NCBI GenBank assembly: GCA_051275515.1
Contig: JBNMOT010000004.1
Coordinates: 1,589-65,588, forward strand
From: Oleispira sp.
GTDB taxonomy: Bacteria > Pseudomonadota > Gammaproteobacteria > Pseudomonadales > Oceanobacteraceae
Reading direction: 5' to 3'
DNA length: 64,000 nucleotides
The notes beneath the pieces were generated by a model. It did not search any database. It worked only from the letters and a program-made list of their open reading frames with translations, and was not told the origin of the DNA. Shown here piece after piece: positions 1-11,336 of this stretch (position 1 is the stretch's first letter; each line of letters begins with the position of its first letter). The translations under genes and the position numbers were made by a program.

Positions 1-1109
1 TTAATCATACCCGACTTGAGCTGATGCAAACTTTTGCCTGAGTCCTGCACCGCCATCATAATTTGCAATGCTGAAACCACACCGTCTCCCGTAGAGGTTG
101 AATCTAAACACAACAGATGACCAGAAGACTCCCCTCCGAAACGCCAATTATGATCTTTCAACTGCTGCATTACGTAGCGATCACCCACATTGGCACGAAC
201 AAAGTCGATTTTTTCTCTTTTCAAAGCCAGCTCTAAACCAAGATTGCTCATCAAAGTACCGACAATGCCTCCCCCCAAGCGTTTACGACTGCGGGCATGC
301 ATGGCCATAATGTAAAGCAATTCGTCACCATCAACGATCTCACCTTTGTCATCAACCATAATTACGCGATCGCCATCACCATCAAAACCGATACCCAAGT
401 CAGCTCGAGTTTCGATCACTTTTTGCTGCAGTTGTTTTGGTGAGGTTGAACCTACGTCTTTATTAATATTCAGACCATTAGGTGCCACACCAATCGCAAT
501 CACTTCAGCCCCCAACTCTTCGAATACAGCTGGCGCTATTTGATAGGTAGCACCATGAGCACAATCCAATACGATACGCTTTCCTTTGAGCTTTAAACGA
601 CGCACGGTACTTTTACAAAACTCAATATAACGCCCTGCAGCATCATTCACTCGAAATGCCTTACCCAACTGATCAGAAGAAACCGTCGTCATTGGCAAGT
701 CTAAATACTTCTCAATTTCAAACTCAATCGCATCATCAAGCTTGGTACCGTCTGCGGAAAAAAACTTGATGCCGTTATCTTGAAAAGGATTGTGAGAGGC
801 ACTGATAACGATGCCAGCCTCTGCATGAAAAGTTCGCGTCAAATAGGCAATACCCGGCGTAGACATTGGACCTAACATGACACTATCAACCCCCGCCGCC
901 GCTAGACCAGCCTCCAAAGCTGATTCAAACATATAGCCAGAAATACGCGTATCTTTACCAATTATAATTTTACTTTTACCCTGACTGGCAAATACTTTAC
1001 CGGCCGCCCAACCCAGCTTCATAACAAATTCAGGAGTGATCGGATAAATACCTACTTCGCCGCGTATGCCATCGGTACCAAAATATTTTTTGCTAACATT
1101 AGTGTTCAT
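1..1109 (-). CDS. glmM: phosphoglucosamine mutase (3' end runs off the window)
   Basis: Manual translation from ATG at 1109 gives [17 protein letters not shown]..., with SASHNP and GFDGDGDR motifs. ATGA overlap with the folP stop. Not in the ORF track because it is truncated. Confidence 0.95.
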   Translation of the reverse strand, partial: MNTNVSKKYFGTDGIRGEVGIYPITPEFVMKLGWAAGKVFASQGKSKIIIGKDTRISGYMFESALEAGLAAAGVDSVMLGPMSTPGIAYLTRTFHAEAGIVISASHNPFQDNGIKFFSADGTKLDDAIEFEIEKYLDLPMTTVSSDQLGKAFRVNDAAGRYIEFCKSTVRRLKLKGKRIVLDCAHGATYQIAPAVFEELGAEVIAIGVAPNGLNINKDVGSTSPKQLQQKVIETRADLGIGFDGDGDRVIMVDDKGEIVDGDELLYIMAMHARSRKRLGGGIVGTLMSNLGLELALKREKIDFVRANVGDRYVMQQLKDHNWRFGGESSGHLLCLDSTSTGDGVVSALQIMMAVQDSGKSLHQLKSGMI

Positions 1110-2011
1110 GCTTTTGTTATATCCTTGCTAAATTCTTTTGTCGCTGCGACGACCTGAAGTGCATCGAAGGTGGCTGCTACATCATGTACACGAATAATTG
1201 CACTGCCTTTCATTGCCGCAATAACGGCCGCGGCCAAACTGCCATAAAGCCGCTGATCAGCGGGTCTATCCTGAAAAGCTTTATCTTGTAAAACTTTGCC
1301 TATCATAGTCTTTCTAGAAATTCCGACCAAGAGCGGCAAGTCAAATTGATGGAAACTTTCTAACTCATTCAGGAGCCGATAGTTATGCTCCAGTGTTTTA
1401 CCAAAACCGAAGCCGGGGTCTAATAATAGACGTGACTTTTCAATACCCGCGTCAGCACAAGCATGAATTCGCTCAGCCAAAAAAGCATGAATATCCCTAA
1501 CGATATCCTCATAGCAGGGCGCCTGCTGCATACTATCAGGCTGACCTTGCATATGCATTAGACAAACTGGCAATCCTGTCGCAGCAGCAGCACTCAAGGC
1601 GCCTTCACGCTGCAAAGCGCGTACGTCATTAATGAGTCCTGCGCCGACCGCTGCAGACTGCAAAATTACTTCAGAGGTACTGGTATCAATCGAAATAATG
1701 GCATCTAAATTTTTATGAATTGCCTCAACAACAGGCACGACCCGATCTAACTCTTCCTGCAGTGAAACAGAAACAGCACCGGGACGAGTAGACTCACCCC
1801 CCACATCAATTAAAACAGCCCCTTGCTTAATCATCTCCTCAGCATGGAACAACGCTTTATCAAGTTTATTGTAAGAGCCTCCATCAGAAAAGGAGTCAGG
1901 GGTAACATTCAAGATCCCCATAATATTACAACGGTTTAAATCCAATCGCTGTATTTTGCCGTTACGAGATCCGCAGGCTAATAATTTTTTTTTCATACTG
2001 AATACATTCAT
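1106..2011 (-). CDS. folP: dihydropteroate synthase
   Basis: [41 protein letters not shown] motifs; ftsH-folP-glmM synteny. Confidence 0.97.
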   Translation of the reverse strand: MNVFSMKKKLLACGSRNGKIQRLDLNRCNIMGILNVTPDSFSDGGSYNKLDKALFHAEEMIKQGAVLIDVGGESTRPGAVSVSLQEELDRVVPVVEAIHKNLDAIISIDTSTSEVILQSAAVGAGLINDVRALQREGALSAAAATGLPVCLMHMQGQPDSMQQAPCYEDIVRDIHAFLAERIHACADAGIEKSRLLLDPGFGFGKTLEHNYRLLNELESFHQFDLPLLVGISRKTMIGKVLQDKAFQDRPADQRLYGSLAAAVIAAMKGSAIIRVHDVAATFDALQVVAATKEFSKDITKA

Positions 2012-2081
2012 TGCTAAGCATTTAAAAGAACACTTTAAAAGTGCGATATTAATTTAAAGCAGCGGCATAAAAGAGTCCCAT

Positions 2082-2108
2082 AAAAAAACGGGCCGTAGCC
2101 CGTTATTT
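2082..2108 (-). terminator. intrinsic terminator after ftsH
   Basis: Minus strand AACGGGC-TACG-GCCCGTT followed by a T-run, about 20 bp past the ftsH stop. Confidence 0.75.
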
Positions 2109-2128
2109 TAATCGATTAATCACTGATA

Positions 2129-4030
2129 TTACACATCGACTTGATCGCCTGGCGCATCATCACTATCGCCTTGCTCGCCGAGATCAGTCTCTTCAACAGA
2201 AGGTGCCGATGAGCCCCCGTTTTTATCATCCCAAGAAGCCGGCGCACGCACTTTTTGGCGACTCATTAAGTCTGCAACCTGATTAGAATCAATCGTTTCA
2301 TACTCCATCAATGCTTCTTTCATTGATTCTAATATGTCGCGATTATCGTCTAATATCTTTTCAGCTCGAGCATAACACTCTGATGTAATACTCTTTATTT
2401 CCTGATCGATTAAACGCGAGGTCTCGTTTGATACATGGCGAGAGCCAATACCGTCGGAATCACGAGAATCATAATCTAATGGCCCCAACGTATCTGATAA
2501 ACCATAATTAACAACCATTGCACGAGCAAAGTGTGTTGCCATTTTGATGTCTTGAGAAGCCCCAGTACTTACGCCTTCTTTGCCATAAAGCATTTCTTCG
2601 GCAATTCGACCACCGTAAGCCGTCGCAATATCACCCATGATTTTTCTACGGCTTTCGCTAATTCGATCCGCTTCAGGCAAGAAGAAAGTAACACCGAGTG
2701 CTCTACCACGAGGAATGATCGTTACCTTGTGAACAGGATCATGCTCTTCCGACAAACAACCCACTATCGCGTGGCCCGCTTCATGGTAAGCCGTACTCTC
2801 TTTTTCTTTCTCAGACATAACCATGGTCTTACGCTCTGCGCCCATCATGATTTTGTCTTTAGCTTTTTCAAACTCTTCCATTGTCACAAGGCTTTTCGCA
2901 GCACGTGCAGAGAAAAGTGCAGACTCGTTGACCAAGTTCGCTAAATCAGCACCCGAGAAACCCGGCGTACCCCGTGCAATAACAGACGCCTTAACATCAT
3001 CTGCGATTGGCACTTTACGCATATGTACTTTTAGAATTTGCTCACGACCACGAACATCGGGCAAACCAACAACTACTTGGCGATCAAAACGACCTGGACG
3101 CAATAGCGCTTTATCCAATACGTCTGCACGGTTTGTCGCAGCAATAACTATAACGCCGTCATTTGCTTCAAAACCATCCATCTCAACCAACAACTGGTTA
3201 AGTGTTTGCTCGCGTTCATCGTTACCACCGCCATGGCCGCCCCCACGACTACGACCAACCGCATCGATTTCATCAATAAAGATAATACAAGGGGCTTGTT
3301 TCTTAGCTTGCTCAAACATGTCGCGCACACGAGATGCACCCACACCGACAAACATTTCAACGAAATCAGAACCTGAAATAGAGAAGAAAGGTACTTTCGC
3401 TTCACCCGCAATGGCTTTCGCTAGCAATGTTTTACCTGTCCCAGGAGGACCTTCTAATAAAACACCACGTGGAATTCGACCACCAAGGCGCTGGTACTTA
3501 CCTGGGTCGACTAAAAAATCAACGAGTTCTTTAACATCTTCTTTCGCTTCGTCACAACCGGCAACATCTTCAAATGTTGTCTTAATTTGATCATCACTTA
3601 ATAACTTTGCCTTGCTCTTGCCGAACGACATAGGGCCGCCTTTACCACCAGCACCACCGCCTTGCATTTGGCGCATAAAGAACATGAAGACCGCAATAAT
3701 TACCAAAATAGGGAAAGATGCGACCAACAGTTGCGTCCAAATGCTCTGCTGCTCAGGCTTTTTACCTTCAACTTGAACGTTGTTATTCAATAAGTCGTCA
3801 ATCAACTTATCGTCGTAAGCAGGCAATATAGAAGAGAAACTCTCACCATTACTCAACACGCCTTCAATATTCTGACCGGCAATGCTGACACGCTCTACTT
3901 GGCCTGTACGTACACTACTAATGAATTCAGAATACTTGAGTTCTTTGGCTTGGCTGACATTTTGTAAATTATTAAAAACCGTCATCAATACCGCAGCGAT
4001 GATGGCCCAAAGTACTAAATTCTTTGCCAT
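2129..4030 (-). CDS. ftsH: ATP-dependent zinc metalloprotease FtsH
   Basis: Two N-terminal TM segments, [21 protein letters not shown]. Start MAKNL chosen from RBS spacing (ORF track 4039). Confidence 0.98.
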   Translation of the reverse strand: MAKNLVLWAIIAAVLMTVFNNLQNVSQAKELKYSEFISSVRTGQVERVSIAGQNIEGVLSNGESFSSILPAYDDKLIDDLLNNNVQVEGKKPEQQSIWTQLLVASFPILVIIAVFMFFMRQMQGGGAGGKGGPMSFGKSKAKLLSDDQIKTTFEDVAGCDEAKEDVKELVDFLVDPGKYQRLGGRIPRGVLLEGPPGTGKTLLAKAIAGEAKVPFFSISGSDFVEMFVGVGASRVRDMFEQAKKQAPCIIFIDEIDAVGRSRGGGHGGGNDEREQTLNQLLVEMDGFEANDGVIVIAATNRADVLDKALLRPGRFDRQVVVGLPDVRGREQILKVHMRKVPIADDVKASVIARGTPGFSGADLANLVNESALFSARAAKSLVTMEEFEKAKDKIMMGAERKTMVMSEKEKESTAYHEAGHAIVGCLSEEHDPVHKVTIIPRGRALGVTFFLPEADRISESRRKIMGDIATAYGGRIAEEMLYGKEGVSTGASQDIKMATHFARAMVVNYGLSDTLGPLDYDSRDSDGIGSRHVSNETSRLIDQEIKSITSECYARAEKILDDNRDILESMKEALMEYETIDSNQVADLMSRQKVRAPASWDDKNGGSSAPSVEETDLGEQGDSDDAPGDQVDV

Positions 4031-4180
4031 GACAGGCATACCTCTAATTTTATATGTAGCGTAAGTATTATAGCTTACGCAGCTTTTAACCTGATCTCTA
4101 CTATCTATACGGCGTTAATAGAGAATCAGAGGTCATTTATACCTTTCTTTACTCTACTCACTACCTTAACAAAAGATTGA

Positions 4181-4801
4181 CTAACCCTTATAACCCTTTG
4201 CCACTAAGTACACCTCACGAGAACGTGCTCGAGAAGATTCTGGCTTACGGGTAACAACTTTTAGAAACGATGAACGCATATCTTTAAGATACTCATCAAA
4301 GCCCTCTCCATGAAAAACCTTAGCCACATAGCTTCCGCCGGGTTTTAAAACCTGACGAGCCATATCCAAGGCCAGTTCAACCAAATACATTGCACTCGGC
4401 TGATCCACTGCACTCATCCCACTCATATTGGGGGCCATATCGGAAATTACAAGGTCAACCTGCCTATTACCAATAATAGTCATTAATTCATCAAATACCG
4501 TTTCTTCGGTAAAATCACCCTGCAAGAAAGTAACACCAGCGATGCCATCCATCGGCAAAATATCAGAGGCGACGACTAGACCATGATCCCCTGCTCGCTT
4601 GACTGCAACTTGCGACCAACTACCCGGAGCCGAACCCAAATCAACAATAGTCATTCCTGGCTTAATCAACCTATCTTTATCATCGATTTCCATCAGCTTA
4701 TAACACGCGCGAGAACGATAGCCCTCCTCTTTGGCCTTCATCACGTAATGATCATTAAAATGCTCATCCATCCAATCATTACTCGATTTTGAACGCGCCA
4801 T
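4181..4801 (-). CDS. rlmE: 23S rRNA Um2552 methyltransferase
   Basis: [31 protein letters not shown]; upstream of ftsH. Confidence 0.97.
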   Translation of the reverse strand: MARSKSSNDWMDEHFNDHYVMKAKEEGYRSRACYKLMEIDDKDRLIKPGMTIVDLGSAPGSWSQVAVKRAGDHGLVVASDILPMDGIAGVTFLQGDFTEETVFDELMTIIGNRQVDLVISDMAPNMSGMSAVDQPSAMYLVELALDMARQVLKPGGSYVAKVFHGEGFDEYLKDMRSSFLKVVTRKPESSRARSREVYLVAKGYKG

Positions 4802-4912
4802 ATCTTATTTTCTCAATTGGTTTTCTACAGATTACCGCTTTAAGCGGCAAATTCGAATTTATTGCTATATAATCACAGCTTACCACTTAATTAAGTTAGG
4901 CAACCAAATCTG

Positions 4913-5212
4913 ATGGCAATTTCTGCTGAACAAAAGAAAGCAATGCGCTCTATTGGCCATAATCTAAACCCAGTTGTAACCATAGCCGGTAACGGTTTAT
5001 CGGAAGCGGTACTGGAAGAATTAAACCGTGCTCTTGATGACCACGAGTTAATTAAGGTAAAAGTTTCAATTGGCGAACGCGACATGCGCGCTCAAGCAAT
5101 TAAAGACATAGTGAAAGAAACCGGTTCTGAATTGATTCAAAAAATAGGCAAGGTTGCCTTAATCGTGCGTCGTAATCCGAAAGCTCACCCTAAGCTTTCT
5201 AATTTATCTTAG
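4913..5212 (+). CDS. yhbY: CRM-domain RNA-binding protein YhbY
   Basis: HNLNPVV...HELIKVK; divergent from rlmE as in other Gammaproteobacteria. Confidence 0.93.
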   Translation: MAISAEQKKAMRSIGHNLNPVVTIAGNGLSEAVLEELNRALDDHELIKVKVSIGERDMRAQAIKDIVKETGSELIQKIGKVALIVRRNPKAHPKLSNLS

Positions 5213-5427
5213 TTTTTTAGTGACCAATAAGCGCCAGGTACTCAAACTGGCGCTACTCTTTGACGGAGTAATGAGCATTATTTAAAAATATTGCCTCTTT
5301 GGAAAAACAATATTCTTGTAAAGATGAATATTAGTGCTCATATCACGCCAGAGGCACAAGACCCATCTAAATAGTTTTGATAGCATAGAGGTCATATTTA
5401 CTGATCCAACTATCTAGGTTACAGCAC

Positions 5428-6546
5428 ATGTCTCAGTTCGTTATTTCCGGTACAGGCTTATTTATTCCTCCTTATGCAATTAGTAACGAAGAGCTAGTCA
5501 ATGCCTTTAATCAATATGTAGAAAAATTCAACGAGCAGCATGCTGTTGAAATCGAAGCAGGCAATGTCGAAGCTATGACGGGGTCAACACCTGAATTTAT
5601 TGAAAAAGCCTCAGGCATTAAATCTCGCTATGCTATGTATAAAGACGGCATTATCGATCCTAATATTATGCATCCCGTCTTTCCAATGACAGAGGGAGGC
5701 AAGACACCTGAAATGGTAACAATGGGCATTGCTGCCGCTAAACAGGCAATGGCAGAAGCAGGTAAAACGGCAGATGACATCGACCTCGTCGTGGTATCAA
5801 GTACGTTCCGTCAGCGTGACTACCCCGGTATTTCAGTAGAAATTCAACGTGACTTAGGGATTAAAGGCAGCGCATATGATATGGGCATTGCTTGCTCATC
5901 CGCTACCTTCGGTATGATTAACGCGTATGCCGCATTAGCGGCCGGTATTGCTAAATGCGTTTTATTCGTCAATCCAGAATTCACCACTCCTGGCTTAAAC
6001 TTCAAAAGTCGGGACAGTCACTTTATCTTTGGCGATGTTGCAACGGCCGCGATTATTGAGCCCGAGGCCACCTGTACTAACAATAACGCCTTTCGCATCA
6101 TCGGTACTAAGCAGATGACTCAGTACTCTGACAACATACGCAGTGACGCGTCTTATGCAGATTATTGTTTTGATGACTTACCAGAGAGTCGCCCCTTCTT
6201 TCAGCAACAGGGACGTAAAGTCTTTAAAGAGCTACTGCCATTAATCGTTACCTTTATCTCTGAGCAATTAAAAGAGAACAATATGAAGGCGGAAGATCTA
6301 AAACGCATGTGGCTGCATCAAGCCAATATCAACATGAATAATTTTGCCGCAAAGAAACTTTTAGGACGCCTACCTACATTAGAAGAGGCGCCCGTTGTAT
6401 TGGATGAATTCGCCAATACAGCCTCTTCCGGTTCTGTTATTGCTTTCCATAAATACAAAGATGACTTCAAGTCTGGGGAAAAAGGCCTAATTTGTTCATT
6501 TGGCGCGGGCTATTCTATTGGTAGCTTAATGGTTGAAAGAGTATAA
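5428..6546 (+). CDS. beta-ketoacyl-ACP synthase III (long FabH-like type)
   Basis: ACSS catalytic Cys, HQAN, ANTASS, SFGAGYS; 372 aa. Confidence 0.88.
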   Translation: MSQFVISGTGLFIPPYAISNEELVNAFNQYVEKFNEQHAVEIEAGNVEAMTGSTPEFIEKASGIKSRYAMYKDGIIDPNIMHPVFPMTEGGKTPEMVTMGIAAAKQAMAEAGKTADDIDLVVVSSTFRQRDYPGISVEIQRDLGIKGSAYDMGIACSSATFGMINAYAALAAGIAKCVLFVNPEFTTPGLNFKSRDSHFIFGDVATAAIIEPEATCTNNNAFRIIGTKQMTQYSDNIRSDASYADYCFDDLPESRPFFQQQGRKVFKELLPLIVTFISEQLKENNMKAEDLKRMWLHQANINMNNFAAKKLLGRLPTLEEAPVVLDEFANTASSGSVIAFHKYKDDFKSGEKGLICSFGAGYSIGSLMVERV

Positions 6547-6632
6547 TAAACCGCCAAACGCTTGCTTTTTAAGGTTTAGGCCTTATAAAGTAAACAATGA
6601 ATCATTGTAATTTGAGAGATCAATAACACTCC

Positions 6633-7472
6633 ATGAGCGAAGAGCGACTGAGTAGCCAATCTAAAACGTGGCTAGACAAGCTATCCACCTTGTTTTCCGA
6701 CGATCCGAATGACCGTCAAGATCTAAAAGATATATTACGAGAAGCCGCTGAGCGAAACGTAGTAGATACTGAAACGCTTTCTATTTTAGAAGGTGCATTG
6801 CAAGTTTCCGACATGCAAGTACGTGACATCATGGTGCCACGCTCGCAAATGGTCTGTATCAAGGCCGAAGAATCTCTCAAAGAATTTCTTCCTTCTATTA
6901 TCAAATCAGCTCACTCTCGCTTCCCTGTTTTAGGTGAAGATCAAGACGAAGTGCTCGGTGTATTATTGGCCAAAGATCTATTGCCTCTTATTCTGAATGA
7001 AAGCCTTGAAGATTTTAATGTTAAAGATCTTTTACGAGCAGCGGCATTTGTCCCTGAAAGCAAGCGTCTTAACATTCTATTGAAAGAGTTTCGCGCAACC
7101 CGTAACCATATGGCCATTGTCGCGGATGAATTTGGTGGCATTGCCGGCATAGTCACCATTGAAGATGTACTAGAGCAAATCGTTGGTGAAATCGAAGATG
7201 AGCATGATCAGGATGATCATGATAGCTTCATCACTCAGCTTGACAACAATGTTCGCATGGTTAAAGCACTCACGACTATTGAGGATTTTAATCAGCATTT
7301 TGAGACTAAGTTTGACGAGAAAGAGTTTGATACCATCGGTGGTATTATTATTCAACACTTTGGCCGCGTTCCTGAATGCGATGAGGCCATTACGATCAAT
7401 AACTGGCGTTTTAAAGTAGTTAATGGCACGGGACGACGAATTAATTTAATGGAAGTTACTCCCGTCGATTAA
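6633..7472 (+). CDS. corC: CBS/CorC-HlyC domain Mg/Co efflux protein
   Basis: VRDIMVPR, HSRFPV, DEFGG, TIEDVLEQIVGEIEDE; upstream of lnt. Confidence 0.93.
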   Translation: MSEERLSSQSKTWLDKLSTLFSDDPNDRQDLKDILREAAERNVVDTETLSILEGALQVSDMQVRDIMVPRSQMVCIKAEESLKEFLPSIIKSAHSRFPVLGEDQDEVLGVLLAKDLLPLILNESLEDFNVKDLLRAAAFVPESKRLNILLKEFRATRNHMAIVADEFGGIAGIVTIEDVLEQIVGEIEDEHDQDDHDSFITQLDNNVRMVKALTTIEDFNQHFETKFDEKEFDTIGGIIIQHFGRVPECDEAITINNWRFKVVNGTGRRINLMEVTPVD

Positions 7473-7547
7473 TTTTTTGGTAAAAGCTGAATAATTTAAA
7501 AAGAAAGCCTAGTGCTTTCTTTTTTGTTTTCTATATCAAGGGTTTAT

Positions 7548-9050
7548 ATGATTCTCGTTCAAAGACTCATTGCACAGCCGCGTTTAATCGCCTTGCTGTC
7601 GGGATTAGTCTTTCCTTTTGCCATCGCGCCTTTTTTTATTTGGCCCATCGCAATCCTCTCTTTAGTAGGCTTACTCTTTTGCCTGTACAACTGCTCAGTA
7701 AAAGAAGCGGCTATTCGCACGTGGCTTTTTGGTTTCGGAAAATTTTCTATTGGTGTCTCTTGGATTTATGTCAGCATGCACGATCATGGTGGCACCCCTG
7801 CGGTATTGGCCATATTGATGGTCGGATTATTTGCCGCTTTTCTAGCAACCTTTCCTGCTCTTTTCATGGTTTTCTTTCAGCGTTTTTATAATCAAGCATA
7901 TAATAAACCGATTATTTCCATACTCGCCTTCGCTGCGTTATGGTTTACTTATGAATGGTTTCGTAGCTGGTTCCTAACCGGATTCCCTTGGCTATTTGCT
8001 GGGGATGCACAACTGTATACTTGGCTTAATGGCTGGGCACCTATTCTAAGTGTGTATGGTCTTTCATTTTTTACAGCCCTTAGTGCTGCGGCGATTTATT
8101 TCAGCCTACGCAATAAAAAAATTCACTACTTATTTTTTTTAATCGTATGGCCAATCGGATATTTACTGCAAGGAATAAGCTGGACAGAGGCGACCAACGA
8201 ACTAAAAGTTAGTGCGGTTCAAGGAAATATTGCTTTAGAACTAAAATGGTTACCCGAACAACAGATGCCAACCCTTAACGCTTATTTAGAACAAACAAGA
8301 CAACACTGGGACAGTGATTTAGTGCTATGGCCAGAAACGGCCGTTACCGCACTAAAAGATCAATTTCAATATTATCTCAATACAATTAACCAAGAAGCAA
8401 CTAACAACAAGACTGCGTTAATTACCGGCATTCCGTTTCGTTATACTCAAGGTCCTTTCAGAGGAGAGTTTCACAATAGCATTCTAGCCATTGGGATGGG
8501 TGAAGGCTTGTATCATAAGCAGAAACTTGTCCCTTTTGGTGAATATATCCCACTAGAAAAAATAATACGTGGACTGCTGCCATTTTTCGACCTACCGATG
8601 TCTAGTTTTAAACAAGGAGATAAAAAGCAGAATTTATTAAAGATAGAAAAAGATGAACAGCTCTTTTTAATTGCGCCTTTTATTTGCTACGAAATTGTTT
8701 ATCCGGAATTTGTTGCCGATATGGCAGAAGACTCAGACTTGCTCATAACCATTAGTAACGATGCTTGGTTTGGTGACTCTCTGGGCCCAAAACAACACAT
8801 GGCCATTGCACAGATGCGTGCATTAGAGACCCAGCGTTATTTATTACGTTCAACGAATACCGGTATCACGGCACTGGTCAATCATAAAGGTGAAATTCTT
8901 AAACAGCTACCTACGAATCAAAGAGCCACGCTTACTGCTCTAGCACAAACCAGACAAGGCTCTACGCCTTTTATGCTGTTTGGTTTATGGCCGTTGTTTT
9001 TAACATCAATATTCATTCTTTTATTAGGACTCTACCGTAGAAAAACATAA
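7548..9050 (+). CDS. lnt: apolipoprotein N-acyltransferase
   Basis: TGFPW, WPETA, KQKLVPFGEY, ICYE, SNDAWFG; start set at the ATG with RBS. Confidence 0.96.
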   Translation: MILVQRLIAQPRLIALLSGLVFPFAIAPFFIWPIAILSLVGLLFCLYNCSVKEAAIRTWLFGFGKFSIGVSWIYVSMHDHGGTPAVLAILMVGLFAAFLATFPALFMVFFQRFYNQAYNKPIISILAFAALWFTYEWFRSWFLTGFPWLFAGDAQLYTWLNGWAPILSVYGLSFFTALSAAAIYFSLRNKKIHYLFFLIVWPIGYLLQGISWTEATNELKVSAVQGNIALELKWLPEQQMPTLNAYLEQTRQHWDSDLVLWPETAVTALKDQFQYYLNTINQEATNNKTALITGIPFRYTQGPFRGEFHNSILAIGMGEGLYHKQKLVPFGEYIPLEKIIRGLLPFFDLPMSSFKQGDKKQNLLKIEKDEQLFLIAPFICYEIVYPEFVADMAEDSDLLITISNDAWFGDSLGPKQHMAIAQMRALETQRYLLRSTNTGITALVNHKGEILKQLPTNQRATLTALAQTRQGSTPFMLFGLWPLFLTSIFILLLGLYRRKT

Positions 9051-9070
9051 TGTAATGAACGTCGCACACA

Positions 9071-9098
9071 AAAAAAGCCCAGTATCATGGGCTTTTTT
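9071..9098. terminator. bidirectional intrinsic terminator
   Basis: AAAAAAGCCCA-GTATCA-TGGGCTTTTTT between convergent lnt and GntR genes. Confidence 0.75.
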
Positions 9099-9119
9099 AA
9101 TAGTAAATAATAACCGACC

Positions 9120-9166
9120 ATATAATTAACCAATATAATTAACCAATATAATTAACCAATATAATT
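9120..9166. repeat. 13-bp tandem repeat (ATATAATTAACCA x3.6)
   Basis: Three perfect units plus a partial unit, read directly. Confidence 0.9.
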
Positions 9167-9169
9167 CGA

Positions 9170-10060
9170 TCATTCAGTATCTAATAATTCAACACTTAAG
9201 GATTCTGAATCAATAATTTTTGGACTCTTATGCATTATATCATCTAAGTTCATAATATTTTCTCCATTGTGTAAAGGCGAAGCCGTTAAATATGGCTCTT
9301 TGGGTAACGTTAATAAATAACTTTTCAAGGGCTCAGTTATTTTTTCAATGTATTCAACATACTGTCGCACCATCTCATCAATATCTAAAACACCACTTAC
9401 AATACGTATCATCATGCCCACTAACCAATCAAGATGAACTTTGACATCAATTAACTCATAACTTTTTTCAGTTAACGCTTGACGTATCTGCCGAGAACTA
9501 CTGCCTGCCACCTGCATAAAAACATTATCAGTGGATTCTAATAATGCATCCATTAACTCTACATCTAACTTTGCAAGTGCACGCTGACTGTCGCCATTTT
9601 GCATACTCTGATACATTTTATGTACGACACTGAAAATTTTCCCTTGTGAATTTTTCGCACTTTTTTCTGCAGACATTTTCATCACTGCCGGCATAGCATG
9701 GCTGAAAAACTCTAAACCGGATAATAAGAAATCACCCCCTAATTCAAGCTCATTAATTTGGTACAAATCACTCAAGAATCCCAAATTACCATCACGCTTG
9801 TAATCAAGGATTTTTATACCAGAGCCCTGCAGAGTATGCACAACTCTCATTCTCGTTAGAGTCCTTAACGCCATACGTAAAGAGGTCCTATCCACCCCTA
9901 GGTATTTTGCAAGATGTCGCTCTGGTGGTAATTTATCGCCGGGCACAAGCTTACCGGTATAAACTAATGCTATTAATAAATCTGTAATTTGGTCGGGCAG
10001 TATTTTTACTGACATTTGTTTATTATCACAACCATCAAAGTAAGTATTCTGTAAATGCAA
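9170..10060 (-). CDS. GntR/FadR-family transcriptional regulator
   Basis: N-terminal wHTH signature PGDKLPPERHLAKYLGVDRTSLRMAL; start uncertain. Confidence 0.85.
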   Translation of the reverse strand: MHLQNTYFDGCDNKQMSVKILPDQITDLLIALVYTGKLVPGDKLPPERHLAKYLGVDRTSLRMALRTLTRMRVVHTLQGSGIKILDYKRDGNLGFLSDLYQINELELGGDFLLSGLEFFSHAMPAVMKMSAEKSAKNSQGKIFSVVHKMYQSMQNGDSQRALAKLDVELMDALLESTDNVFMQVAGSSSRQIRQALTEKSYELIDVKVHLDWLVGMMIRIVSGVLDIDEMVRQYVEYIEKITEPLKSYLLTLPKEPYLTASPLHNGENIMNLDDIMHKSPKIIDSESLSVELLDTE

Positions 10061-10198
10061 CTACTATAGCACTCGCTGTAGTAAGAATTCTACAAATGAT
10101 TCGGATTAACCAATCTTATTTAATATTCGACAATAATTATGTGTTCACATTTTTCAAAAATAGATTAATGTAAAAATAAGCAATGAAAGACAGGCAAT

Positions 10199-11182
10199 TT
10201 AACCGCCTGTATGTGACATGAACCTTAGGATTTGAACTTCTTCAGCAAGGTCAAAATTGTGTTTTTCAGGTTTTAAGTGTAATGCAGAAATTAATGCCTT
10301 TTTTATCTCGTCATCAGAACAGCCATTGCGAATAATGGTACGTAAGTCCTGACTATTCTCATTTCCTAAACATAATAATAAACATCCAACCGCCGTAATT
10401 CTTACTCGATTACAGTCACTGCAAAAATTATTAGTATGAGGAGAAATAAAACCAATTCTACTGGTATAACCCTCAATTGCTGAATAAACCGCAGGGCCAC
10501 CTGTTTTATAACTTGATGATTTTAAAGAATATTTTTCTTCTATTTTACTTTTTATATCAGCACTGGATAAAAAAGTGACGCTGCGATCATATCCCACTTC
10601 ACCTAATGGCATCTCTTCGATAAAAGAAATATCTAAATCATGTTCTAAGGCGAAATCAGTGAGTGGCACAATTTCATCTTCATTCATGCCACGCATAATC
10701 ACTGCATTTAGTTTGATACTATCGAAGGGGTATTTTTTTGCTTCAGTGATGCCATCAAGCACCGCGTGTAATCGATCACGACGAGTAAGCTTATGAAATC
10801 GTTCAGCTTTTAGAGTATCCAAACTAATATTCAAGCGCGATAAGCCCGCTTCGAATAAAGGTTGGGCATACTGAGCTAACAAAGTACCGTTAGTCGTCAT
10901 AACGACCTCTTCGATACCTTCAATCGCTTTAATACTCGCAACCAGCTCAGGCAACTTTTTACGCATTAACGGCTCACCACCGGTTAAACGAATTTTTGTC
11001 ACACCCAACTGAGCAAAACTGGTGGCCACGCGAGTGATTTCCTCAAACGATAAAATATCTTGGCGAGGTAAAAATTCAACATCTTCACTCATGCAGTAAC
11101 TGCAACGTAAATCGCAGCGATCAGTGACGGATATACGGACATACTCGATGGTGCGCCCAAAAGGGTCTATTAACTGTTTCAT
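10199..11182 (-). CDS. moaA: GTP 3',8-cyclase (molybdopterin biosynthesis)
   Basis: CDLRCSYC radical-SAM motif, FCSDCNR, C-terminal GG. Confidence 0.96.
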   Translation of the reverse strand: MKQLIDPFGRTIEYVRISVTDRCDLRCSYCMSEDVEFLPRQDILSFEEITRVATSFAQLGVTKIRLTGGEPLMRKKLPELVASIKAIEGIEEVVMTTNGTLLAQYAQPLFEAGLSRLNISLDTLKAERFHKLTRRDRLHAVLDGITEAKKYPFDSIKLNAVIMRGMNEDEIVPLTDFALEHDLDISFIEEMPLGEVGYDRSVTFLSSADIKSKIEEKYSLKSSSYKTGGPAVYSAIEGYTSRIGFISPHTNNFCSDCNRVRITAVGCLLLCLGNENSQDLRTIIRNGCSDDEIKKALISALHLKPEKHNFDLAEEVQILRFMSHTGG

Positions 11183-11336
11183 CTTTATATTCTATGGCAG
11201 CGTAACGCGAGTAGCCAGCGCATCTAACCACAGAATTAAAAATTGTTTATTAATACTGATTATTAGCCCCTATCTAATGGCAATTCGATCCGCCAATAAA
11301 GCAAGGTAAACCCTTGAATATATTAGATTTTAGTAC

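Noticed and set aside
2531-3590. Long antisense ORFs inside ftsH (and similar ones in leuS, kef, mscS, kinases, LOX, HerA)
   Set aside because: Shadow frames of well-supported genes on the opposite strand
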